Origin: the human T2T-CHM13v2.0 reference genome, Homo sapiens
Length of the DNA stretch: 64,000 nt
Assembly: GCF_009914755.1 (NCBI RefSeq)
Contig: NC_060925.1
Reading direction: 5' to 3' (one strand)
The notes below the pieces were generated by a model. That model worked only from the letters and a program-made list of their open reading frames with translations. It made no database searches and had not been told where the DNA came from. Below are positions 46,301-58,410 of this stretch, one piece after another (within the stretch, counting starts at the first letter, position 1; each line of letters starts with the position of its first letter). Made by a program: the position numbers and the translations under genes.

Positions 46301-48058
46301 ACCACTCTGTGGGGTAAGTTTCTATTTATAATTCTGCTGATGTTTGGAAGTAGTAAATACCCACTTTTAAAGACACATATGGGTTCGTTATTTTTGCTTA
46401 GAAGGATCAGTTGCTTTTGTAACCTCTTCTTGATTTAAGGCTAGATTTACATAGTTCGGCTCAAAATGGCCAAAACAATCATTCTCTCTCCAAACCAACC
46501 CTAATCAAATCATCAGTGAAAATAAAATCTGCTCTGCTTTTAAGTATAAGTACAACTTCCCCTTCTGAAAGTATCCTTCATTTTGCTGAAGTTCAGACTC
46601 TGCTGAACATTTGATTTCTTAGTGATAATTCCTGTGAGATTATTTTCACTGAGGGATTGACCAAACTCCTTGGACTCACAGCTATCCTTTTAGTTAAATA
46701 TTTTCTCAAAGAAGAGAGAAAAAAAGAAAAAAATTGACCCAAGGAGCCAAGCTTCCCATCTAACACTTTTTAAAGTGTTACACTTTCTTTTAAGTGTACA
46801 CTTTTTAAAGTAGTGTCTAGACAATCTGGAAAGTGGGACTTTGTATGTAAAAACTAGAGTGGAGACCAAAATAAAACTTCACGGTTCATGGGTATTGTGA
46901 CAATGTGGAAGTGGCCACATCATAATGAATCACTATCTGCCAGCCTCTCAGACTTCTTTTCCAGAGATATTTATTTGTGGCCAATAGGGAAAGGGAAGTA
47001 CAGGTAAGTGGAAAGTGAAATGCAGAAGCTAATATCATGTATGGTTGGCCAGGCCACTGGCTTTTCCCATAGAAACAAATCCTGCAAGTGTCCTGTCAGA
47101 ACAATATTCTAAAAACATTTTATACTTCCCCAAATTTGAAACAAACTCTGGGTTATCTTTAGAGGTAGAACATTTCATTGAGAAACTGGATCTAGGAGAG
47201 AGAAACCAGAATCAGAGCTCAAACACAAGGGATTAATCCAGTTTGATTCTGAAGAGAGGTGTCCCAGATGATCTGGCATTATTAGACTTTCTCTTTCCCT
47301 TTGCAAGAACTGCTGGGTGCCTTTGGGAAAGGCTTCTGTGTATTCATTCCTGAGTCATATGTAGGAACTGATGATGCTTATATTCAGTGTTCTTCAGGGT
47401 TATCTGGCTAATTAATCTTATAATTTTTAGAAGAAAGAAGCACTTCCAAATTTAAGTTATTGCTATTCTCACCCTTCCTCTTCTTCAGAAATCTAGACAC
47501 TAAGAATTTCTGACAATTCTTTCTTTCAACTTCACTGACCCAGAAAGTTCACACTTCTGCTTCATACATTTCTTGAGAGAGCAGGGTTGTAATTAGAAAT
47601 GCCTCTGTTGCACATAAGCCTTGTATACAGTTATGGAATACAAATTAATGGGCTACTGTGGAAAAACTGGCCAAAGCTATACCTACTCTAAATTAATATC
47701 AATAGGGGACTGCTTCCTCCTGCATCTTTTCTCAATTACTTTTACTTATCTTAAGTGGTAGAACTATATCTTTGAAATCTTTGCTGGTCAGTTCCCTTAA
47801 GAAAAGTGTTTCTGCAGTCACATTTCAACTCTTTCTCAGATGGACATATGCCACTTTATTCTCCCCAAAACTTAGAGTCTTCAAATTTAGCCAGAAATAG
47901 GCTAAATCCTGAAATAAATAAAGCATTTCTTATTTTCTTTTTGATCAGTGCTACGTAGTTAACTGTGAGGAAAGATTTTTTAGTAAAGAACAAAACTAAT
48001 CTCCATTCCCAGTGTACTATCCCATTCTCTAGGCCCACAGCGTGGCCTGCATCTCAAT

Positions 48059-48110
48059 GGGAAATTCCTGACAAGCATCAGGGGCTTCCCAAATAGATAT
48101 GGGCTTTCTC
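48059..48110. promoter_or_regulatory. Tandem NF-kB consensus sites in intron 1
   Basis: GGGAAATTCC (48059-48068) and GGGGCTTCCC (48081-48090) both fit GGGRNYYYCC. A partial GGGCTTTCTC follows. Confidence 0.45.
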
Positions 48111-48845
48111 ATTCCTCCATGAAGTCTTCCCTGATCAACTCAATCTAAAGTCATTGTTCCCTGCTTTTGAGTGACTTAGGCATTTATTCTTCATACTACC
48201 CTTAAATAAATTCTTGATCATGACATTTTATAGCTAGAAGAAACATCATAATAAATCCATTCCCCTACCACCAGTTTTTTTAGATAAAGAAGCTGCAAAC
48301 TAGAGAGATTAAATGTCTTTATCAAATTTATACAGCTGGTTATTAGGAGACCCAGAACCAGAATCCAGATCTTCTTACACCTAGCTCAGGGCCACTTCCC
48401 TCCTCAAAGACACACAAACCACCTGTCATTTACTTAATCCTGTCTTTCACTATTTTTTTAAGTCTTTTCCATAAATAAGACTATAGCTTGCATCCCATTC
48501 CTTGATATTCATTCATATTTTTACCTTTTTTATTCCACCAAGAGCTATAGCAGAGGGAAGGAAAAATACTCCACAGGCCCCTGTCAATTGGCTTAACCAG
48601 TTCTCTCTATCTAACAGAGTTCTGCAGCTAACATTTAGCATTTTCTGATACCTTTTATCTCAAAACCTTTAGATAAACTTCAAACGCCATGTCATGACAA
48701 TATTAGAATTGTATTTACATTATGTATACACATCTCTTCCTTCCAACTATTGCTAACAATACTGAGTGACAATGATAACAACTAGAAAAACAAATAAATA
48801 GAGGATTATAGCAAATAGTAACCTTAGGTACAATTGCCTCCTTAC

Positions 48846-49067
48846 CTCTAATTGGAGAAAAATAAAGATTAGCCAACTGAAGGAGCAAAGAAATAGCAAC
48901 ATAACTATTGAGCAAAAGAGCCACAGCTTCCAGGATGATCTCTGAGCTCCTTGAGTTCTTGAATGGCTTAAAGGCATATTTTCCAAGTGGCTCAAACACA
49001 TTTTTGGAGAAATGAGAGCTGTGGAAAACAAAAATTCACAAGTGATGGGTGAAGGATGCAATGTCAT
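48846..49067 (-). CDS. TNFSF18: TNFSF18 (GITR ligand) coding exon 1: cytoplasmic tail and transmembrane signal-anchor. ATG at 49067 gives the 199-aa form; ATG at 49001 gives the 177-aa form
   Basis: Translates MTLHPSPITCEFLFSTALISPK-MCLSHLENMPLSHSRTQGAQRSSWKLWLFCSIVMLLFLCSFSWLIFIFLQLE, recognised as the GITRL N-terminus. Ends at donor GAG|GTAAG (GT at 48845-48844). 49001-48846 is 156 nt, phase 0. Confidence 0.97.
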
Positions 49068-49300
49068 GTTTTGTAGCAATATGGTAATTAGTAGTGGGTG
49101 TGGAAGGCGGAGTTTTCCTTCTGTCACTGTGTTAGAAAATGATACTTATAACTTAAGTGCTGACTCTCATTTGGCACCAGATCAAATACAACAAACAGGA
49201 ACGGAAGGCTGAAAGCCAACACAAACTCAGAACATAAAAAAAAAAGCACAAGGGAAGTTCAGAGGGGAAAAAAATTTCTTTCCTAAATCAAACGGCAGTA
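49068..49300 (-). promoter_or_regulatory. TNFSF18 proximal promoter / 5' region
   Basis: Non-repetitive sequence immediately upstream of the ATGs. Contains TATA-like TTATAA (49146-49151), NF-1-like TTGGCACCAGATCAA (49171-49185) and GGAGTTTTCC near 49109. An NF-1 requirement was reported for the mouse GITRL promoter (from memory). Confidence 0.55.
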
Positions 49301-50841
49301 CAGTGCACGTGTAGAGGAGGCTTGGGAGAATAAAGTGGTGTGCTCTCATCTAAGAAAGTATTCCAGATTATTTCTAGATAAGAAAATCACTTTTTATAAG
49401 AAAAAATAAAGTTTGAGATTAATCCCCCTACCATACTCCAGATATCATGTACATGAGCGGCAGAGTGTTAGGAAGTTGGAGAGGCTAGGATCTCTAGTTT
49501 GGAAAAAATAGAGTTTTAATCAAGTCATCATCTTGTTTACCTTAAATACCCACAATTTTTATTTGTCAATTATACTTCAGTAAACCTGGAAAAATAAAAT
49601 CTATACTCACAAAAATGTTTCATCAATTTCTAGTGTATAGAATGCGTTCATTCTGAGTCTCTAGAAAATATCAAGTGTATTACAAGAATTTAATAAAAAA
49701 TTGTAAATACAACAAGCTCAATTTTATATTTCATCATTTTTAAACTCTGATAATCTAGTTCTGGCATAAGAAGTTATTTTACAGAAGGATATTTTCCTGC
49801 ATCCTGCCCTCAGCCAGAGCTTATACTCTATTCCAAAAAAAAAAAAAAAAAAAACCTTGGGTTTTCTTCCTGGGCCCAAAAATATGGGTTTACTACAAAA
49901 TTGAGGAAGTCTCCTGGTTCTATGGACCTCAGTCACACAGGCTTTTAAATCAGACAGACCTCAAGAGCAGAGGCTGGCACTGCCCAGTTCCTACCTGCTC
50001 TGTGGCCTTAGGCATGTTACTTGAGTTCTCTGAGCTTCAGTTTCCTTCACTGTAAAATGGAGAAAATTTTCACTTTATAATGCTTTTGTGGAGAATGAAA
50101 TGAAGGTGAAAAGTTTATGCATTCCATAAATGTTAGATTATCTCTTCTCTACCCTCTTTAGCGATGTAGTGAAGTTTAATTCAATTATTAAATCCTAGAA
50201 AAGAATGAACATTCTTTATCTTTCCCACAAGATAAAATTCACCTAAAGTTTACTTAAACAAAAGGAAGTACAATGAAAGTATTTTGGAAAACCTATTTTT
50301 TAATCTAAGAGAGAATTGACGATTTATAAATTAGAAAAAAGTCCAGAGATTTAACATCCTCCTTTACAAAAAAAGGAAACTAAGGACAAGAGGGTGTGAG
50401 TAGTGTCTCAAATCACTGCTGGCTGGTTAATGATGGAGTGAAAACTCAAGCCCACAGATACTGCTTTGTAATCCAACCATTTTGTCTTAATATTGCACTA
50501 TTTACAATATTATTAGCAATATTTCTCTCTGAACTGTCAAAATTTTAATTTGGGCCCTATTTTACCTTGTTCAATAAACTACTTCTTAAAAGACCAGTTA
50601 CACAAAAATGATTTTTCAACACAACAAATGTTTTTGTGGCTCTGTACTTAGATGCTGCAATGCAGGGATAAAGAATAAACTTACTCTAGAAAAAGACTGA
50701 TGCCTTGATCCCATAACCTTTGCACTTGCATCAGATCTGGAATTCATATACACAAGCACAGAACTTAAAATTGGAAGTTAAATTATGTCCTTCCTGTTTT
50801 TATGATCTGCCCCTTTTCCTGTCTGCTTTCCAAATTTTTGA

Positions 50842-51126
50842 GGGAATTTCCCTGGCTTGCTACCTTAGGTAAACATTTATTCACATGAGAAACTGTTTTA
50901 AATAAAATCCAGTTCCTCCTTCCGCCTTTAACCACTGTTAGGCCCTGGAATATCCTTATTAATTATTTAACCTTATGACAGTATCTTAAGAAAGATGACA
51001 TACTTATTTCAAGAAGACTATATTCTAGGGCCTCTTTTCATGAAATAGGATTTAGAAATGAGGAAACTTCAAGTTAAGACAGGTAACAGTAGGCAAGACT
51101 TTCTGAAATTCTAGAGCAATGAGTCA
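50842..51126. promoter_or_regulatory. Candidate upstream enhancer (kB + AP-1)
   Basis: GGGAATTTCC at 50842-50851 and TGAGTCA at 51120-51126, in unique sequence ~1.8-2.1 kb upstream of exon 1. Confidence 0.4.
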
Positions 51127-51339
51127 CAGTTGGCACGATTTTGGTGTAAGTTATCAGGATTACATGTTATATCTCAGGATTTGACAAGAGGTAAATGAGC
51201 ACCAATTCAAGCTTCGGGTTTATGGTCCGTCCCTGGCTCAGATACTTGAGCATGAAGTTTCTGGGTTTTTTTTGTTTGTTTGTTTTTCAATTAAATCTGA
51301 CAAGCAAATCCATGTCAAACATTTACTATCTGCCCACTA

Positions 51340-51639
<300 letters not shown>

Positions 51640-53248
51640 TTATCCGCAGGGAGACAGACGCCCAAATTGATACTATACATAAGAAAGTGCCTGAGAAAAC
51701 AGACCTTGATAAACTGAAACCGTTGAAATAGCGGGTTAGAAATAAACTGTTTAAGAAGAGAGAGGAGGGTACTCTTTCTTGAGGGTATGATAAAACTTTA
51801 GAAATAAATATTCAGAGGTATAAGCATCTGTAAATATTAGAAATTAAAATAAGAACTCAATATAAACAATGACAAAATCCTAAATTTTTAAATGAAGCTG
51901 GTATTTTTCATTCAAGAGCTGCAAAGTAAGAAATTTCAGGAAAAAAGGTCAAAGAAAACCTCTATTCTGTATTTTTAATATTGAAAAAAAGGTTCTAAGA
52001 TATGTTTGATTAAGCAATTTGAACTGCATCCATGGCTGCTTTGAATTCAGAATTAATTATAGAACAACATGGTTTCAGTTCACTTACTGACTAAATTACC
52101 TTAAAATGCATTAGGCACTTACTGCTTCTTCTCTGCGTACAAATGATTACATCTGAACATCAAACAGCCCTGTATTCTCTGTATCTGTTAGAATGATGAA
52201 CTGACATTCAGGAAGATTAATCATTTGCCCATAAAGGCAGAATAGGGATTGAATCCTCCTATGTTGGGCCCCAAAACTCATATTTTTTCTACCTCTTTAT
52301 GCTGAAGTATGTCAGGTACACCCCATGTAGAGTCAACAGAGTAGAAGATATATTAAAGTCTGTAAGAGGGCATTAGGTGGACATCAGTTTCCTCCAAATC
52401 TGTTAGTACTCAGGTCTGCACTCCTCGCCACATTCCCCTAATACCACTGTTTATCATGACTTTATCCTTGAGATAGTGTATGGGTATAGCATAATCAATC
52501 AGAATTTTTCAATATGTCAGAACTCAGTGAGGAATAATACACAACTAATTTTGTCTACTCTGGGTGTCAGAGTATTACTGTCACGACAAATAGGGCTCAT
52601 TTGACTTGAAGACACATAGATGGATATATGCAGTAAATCAATAATGGGAGAAAATAGACAGACATGATCTATAAATAGGGTTTTAAACTTGGAATTTTTT
52701 GAAAGAAACAACAGTATCTGTTAAAATTAATAAATGCCTACTCCATAAAGAGAATTACGTACAGTTCATTATACATAAGTAGATGTATGTGAAGGTATTA
52801 CATGTCCATATTATATACATACATATACACATGTACATATTATAGGTACAATAAATTCTAAAAGATATACAAGGACTATATCAACCTTCAGATCATCCTG
52901 TCTATAGAACTAGTAACAATCCTAATCAGGTTGATCTAGGAAATAGATCAAATTCAAGTGGTGTTTTGATTTCACAACCTGGGGACCCTCCTCTATGCCC
53001 CCACATTGTGTTGCTTTGTGCTGTCTTTTTTTGGATTTCCACTTTTTTGGAACCTTTACCAAATTCTTTATTGTTTGGCTATGTTTTACTAGCTCAAGTA
53101 CAACTTCAAGTAAAAAGTCTAATGGCCAATTTCCATTGAAGCCTTTCTGTGCTAGCCACCTGCCTTACAACTAATCATTTAGAATGGCTCTGTGATGTTA
53201 TAGGTCCCTATCTCTCTAGCCTGAGCCCTCTATGTCAGTGGCATGTTG

Positions 53249-53251
<3 letters not shown>

Positions 53252-53300
<49 letters not shown>
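53252..53300 (+). repeat. (TG)24 microsatellite
   Basis: Perfect dinucleotide run. Confidence 0.97.
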
Positions 53301-53303
<3 letters not shown>

Positions 53304-56300
53304 CCCTTTCTGGACTAATGAGCATTTTGTATTTTGGCCATAGGAGGAGTATCTTAAATACCTTTTGATGGGAAGAATGACTTGCTGCTTAGGATCTCAA
53401 TGAAAACATTGGCCATTGTGCAATATGGCATAATACTTCCTATTTGAAACCATCAAACATCACCCTAGAATCTGTAATGAATGAGCATTGCTGTTAAATT
53501 ACATCTTGCCCAATATTGCATCGATTGCCATAGAATTATGTATTTTACCTATCAATCTAGTTGAGTTAAAAGGGTCTTAAGACTCCTGAGATTAAGTATT
53601 CCCCCCAAATCTGAATTTTGGGGGGTGGCCCTGGAAGAGGGAATAGAAGAAAAATATTTTCCCTTTACTCTTCTATTTGGTTCCCCCTTTGACAAGGTCC
53701 TAAAATTTCCCCCTTCAAACTACTACATACCAGCTTCAGTGGAGAATAATCAGCACATCCACTGCTTTCAGCACCCAACTCTGACATGTGTTCATATGCT
53801 CTACAGTCTAAGACTCTTTCTCATCTGGTTTTCTATTTTTTACATGATCTTGTGCCATTCACATTGATCTTGTAGCCATTTGGTTAATACTAGATTTGTT
53901 GGTTTTGGAACCAGGAACCTAAATAAATAAAAGCTGATTTTTGCTTTTCTATATGAAATGATTCCTAAATACACAGGACATGTTATTTCTCTTGTTTATT
54001 TAAAAAATATTGAATGCCTTTTCTGTAGCAAGTACAATGTTAAAAGCTTGAATACTGATAGACAAGGGTCAGTCCCTATCTTAAAGTTTTTTATTTTTCA
54101 TTTCATTTTGCTTTGTTTCTTTAGGTAGCTGGAGAAAGAGACAAATATACAAGAGCAGAACAGAGAGAAATGTAGTAATTGGGAGAGCACCAAATACCAA
54201 GGAGATAATGTCTACACTGAGATATAAGTTTGCAGAGAGGTTATTCAGATGGAAAAGCTTATATGTCATTCTCTTAAACCGATCAATTACTGTTCCTATT
54301 AATACACTTGCTGAATAGTATATGATATATATTTGATATGTATGTGTGTGTGTGTGTATGTATGTCAGGTATTTAATTTGGCAATGGAGAAATAAAGAGA
54401 AATAAGACAAGGTCTCTGATCTTAAGGAATCCATCATCTGGTCATTGCTATTTTCTTACATTTGAGCATTACAAAATTGCATGGAAAATATGTTTACAAT
54501 CACAGATCTTCTTTGTAGGGCCTTATGTAACTTCCCTGGAGTTACCAGGTAATATAATTCAGGCAAGAATTGGCCAACCATCTAGAGTTATTCAGGCCAA
54601 GCTACTCATCTATCCAGTTTGGTGACTCTAGTTGTGAATGCGGTAGGATATTCCTCTATAATGAGGAAATTTTGAATGGTATGTCAATGGAAAAAATTGA
54701 CTCATATGCAACATTATGGAATGCTGCTTGGTGGAATGGTGCCAATGGAACCCAATAGGCAGTTCTATTTACTAAATAAAGAACAAACATCCCAGAGGTG
54801 TTACATATGAAAATTATGCCAACATAAGGTCCAAATTATTTTAAGTCTTCATTCTCTCAACAAGCCTAGGGCAAATCTCTTTGGCTGAAAGTAAGAATAT
54901 TCCCCTTCTCCACACGTACACGGCTTCTATATCTTATCCCATGAATTCCTAGATCCTGTCAGATATCAGCCTCTCTGACTGCAACACCACTGAGTGGCAA
55001 TTTCAAGCATCAACTGTAAAGAAAAAAGAAGACAGAAAATGATAGAGTAATAACAAGGAAACAAATACATATTAAAGCCATGCTCTTTACCAGGTGCCAC
55101 GTTTTAAAGTTTCAACTCATGCATTATTTTGTTTATTTAACCTTCACAATACCATTACACAGTAGGTCTTATTAGTTCCATTTTACACATGAGAAAATTG
55201 AGGTTAAGAAATGTTTAACAACTTACCCAAGGTCATACAACAAGTAACATTCAAATCCAGATCAGTTCAATTCCAAAATCTATTCTTTGCATTGTGTATT
55301 GCATTGTGTAATGAGTGTCTGAATTTGGCTTCAGAAGAGAAAAGATTTTAAAATGGGGAGTAATTAGCGCAGTTAAGGATCTTTATGTCACTTCTGAATA
55401 TGACATCAACCAATATATTTTTTGAAGGAAAAGTTCTTACTAAATACACATATCTTTTTGAAAATAAGCTTTTATTTTTTTGCTCCATCTTCAATTCTAT
55501 AATTCTTCCTCTTTTTCCTCTTTAATCTCAAAATAATTCAGGCTTCCAGATGGAGCCAGATTGTAAATCAAATTTTAAATTAGTGTTAAGATATTAAATG
55601 TGTGGAAAATAACAAAAATATGTCTTGCCACAAACATTTTCTCATGGCTCAATTTTCTTAGAAGTAAATGATGCCAACTGAGAAAAAAACCCGTTATAGT
55701 CCAATACTGTTTATATCACACCCATTTATTTAAAATCTTATCTTTCACATTAATTTAAGGATCATAGTAATATCTAATAGTAAAATTTGTGGACAAAAAG
55801 TGGGTAAGGGAGTATTAATTAAAAGAGAAATCTAGAGCCAAGTAGAATTATGGAAACCAAATGGAGGGGTTAATTGTGGTATTTTCATTGTAGAAGAAAA
55901 TAAAGCTCTCAGAGAGTTCAAAAGGAGGAGGAATGAGACAAGAATTGTGGTAGGGATGACAGATGATTTCAACAACCATTAGGGTCACTATGGAAATGCT
56001 GAAGGCACTAAACTTGGTGTGAAGATTCTGTTGATTAAAACAGTATCACAGGAATGACAGCAACAACTAACACTAATTGAGCACTTTCTCTCAACGACAT
56101 AGGAGTTGATCAGCCCCAAAGAAGGACTTGACCATGCTGATTTGAAGTCAACCAATGTACAAGACCACTTTAGGTTAAAAGCAGGAAATATGCAAATTCA
56201 CCATCAATTGTATTTACCACAAATGCTTAAAGCATAGCATGTGGTTTTCCAGTGGATGGAGGGCCAATAAGAGTAAATAGCAGGGGTTTCTGAATTGAAT

Positions 56301-56789
56301 GAGCTAAGGAAAGGAGAAGTGGGTTCTGACTCCATTATTTCCCTTTTCTGAATCCAGCCTGCCTGTCTGCCACAGTCTCACATAGTGGCTTGGAGCTAGT
56401 GGACATGAGGAGGCCAAACCTTCTCAGCTCCTATTGCCTCTCAATGTTTTGAAGTAGTGGAAAGAGCTCCAGGGCAGCACCTTGATGAGGTAGAAAGAGC
56501 CCAGCCAAGGGGTCAAGCATTCCAGAATCTAGGTCTGATTCTGTATACTTAGCTATGTATGACCTTGACCATGTCAAAAAAAATACTTGTTGATGTTAAT
56601 TTATTTATCCGTTAAAATATATATATATGTATATGTACGTTGAAAACTCTAAAGCCCTATACAAATGTGGGACAGTTGTTATGCTTTTCTGTCTTTGCAA
56701 TTGAACTTACCAGGCCACTTATTTCACCACTTATTTCATATTTGTTATAAATAGTTTCATGTGTGTTTTCCTATGAAATCCCTCCCCAC

Positions 56790-56825
56790 CACACACACAC
56801 ACACACACACACGCACACACACACA
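56790..56825 (+). repeat. (CA)n microsatellite
   Basis: Directly visible. Confidence 0.95.
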
Positions 56826-57912
56826 TATTATGAGATCAAAAATGAACTGTAAATCAGCCAAATTTCTTAAGTGTTTATTTAGCTGCTGTGTTCACTTATC
56901 TGAAGAAATTGACAGAGCACAGAACATTTTGGACATTTGTTGAGTCTAAAACATGAGTGTATAGATAGGATCCTTAGGATGTTCTTTTGTCATCTTGTAA
57001 TCCTAAACTGTAAAAGCTGAAAAAGATTAACTAGTCCCTTCATTTTTCCAATAATGGAATTGTGGACACCGAGAAAAACTACTCAAGACTCTTGATGAAA
57101 CAAACTAGTACTATTTTGCTAAGTAACTAAATAATTACTTAGAAATTATTGCAACAAAATCTCCCTAGTAAGTGATAAGGATAAACACATTCAAGGTTTA
57201 CTGACATAAAAAATTTGAAGACTAGTTTTCCTCCAATTTTCAAATAACACATTGTTGTACTAGGTACTTGGGAAAATAGGGGGGAAATGTAGAAGATAAA
57301 GACTATACCGTCAAAAGTATGCAAACCATTAAGGGAAACAAAAATTGAATTCCTACAATAAGTATACTTCCTTTAAAATAACATTTTAACAGTATAACAG
57401 TAGGAATTTTGGAAAATCTAGGAAAGTATAGTAAATCATTAAAATCATAATTATGTATGATTTTAATGTCCCTCTTTGTAAGATATAATCAAAGATATAA
57501 CCAACTAGCTATAACCACTATTAGCATGCAGATTTAATTAATTTTTTATTTTTCTATATCTATAAAACAAATAAGAATTATAGTCTAAACACAGCAATGT
57601 AAATACAGAGAAGGATTTACTTTTTCAATAATTGTTGCCAAACTTCGCTTTTTTTTAAATTTACCCCAAACCCTATACACCCTATCAGTGTGAACTTGCA
57701 GCAATTGAGGAAAAGGTGGTATGGATATGACCTACTTTCCCTTTTTCTCACATTCTCTGTGCCTTAGTCACCAGCTCAACATCAATGGCAGAGAGGGCAC
57801 ATGCGGGGGTGGGAAAAGAAGACTGCTCAGGCCAGTGAAGACCATCAACGGAGATTGGAGTGACTTTACTGGGCCATGATCTTTTTGGGTTACCATTAAG
57901 TGATCTTGGGTG

Positions 57913-58410
57913 TGTATTCATTTTATATTGCTGCCATAACAAATTGCCAGAAATGTAATGATCTTGAAACAGCACCCATCTCACAGTTCTGTAGGCCTAA
58001 AGTCTGGTGGACTCAACTGCATATTCTACTTAGGGTTGCACAAGGCTGAAATCAACATGTTGACCAGCCTGGCCTCTTATCCGAAGGCTCTTGAGGAGAA
58101 TTGGTTTCTAGGCTCCTTCAAGTAGTTGGGAGAATTCTGGTCTCCATCTTCAAACCAACAATACCAGGTCAAGTCCTTCTCATGATTTGAATCTCTGTGA
58201 CTTGTGGTATCTCTCTAACTTCAGCCATGAAGTTATCTGCTTTTATCCCCCTTGTGATTACATTGGGCCCATCAGATAATCCAGGATAATTTCCCAATTT
58301 TAATTTCCCATAATCTTATTACATCTGCAAAGTCTCTTTGGCCACATAAGGTAATATAGCCAGATGTTCCAGAAATTAAGGTGTGGACATCTTTGAGTTG
58401 TCCTTTTGCA
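57913..58410 (-). mobile_element. MLT1-type MaLR LTR
   Basis: tgtattcattttatattgctgccataacaaatt...tctcacagttctgtagg...cacatctgcaaagtc-like...gtgtggacatctttg. Confidence 0.8.

Noticed and set aside
53601-53625. CCCCCCAAA...TTTGGGGGG hairpin
   Set aside because: The 9-bp low-complexity arms are compatible with chance.
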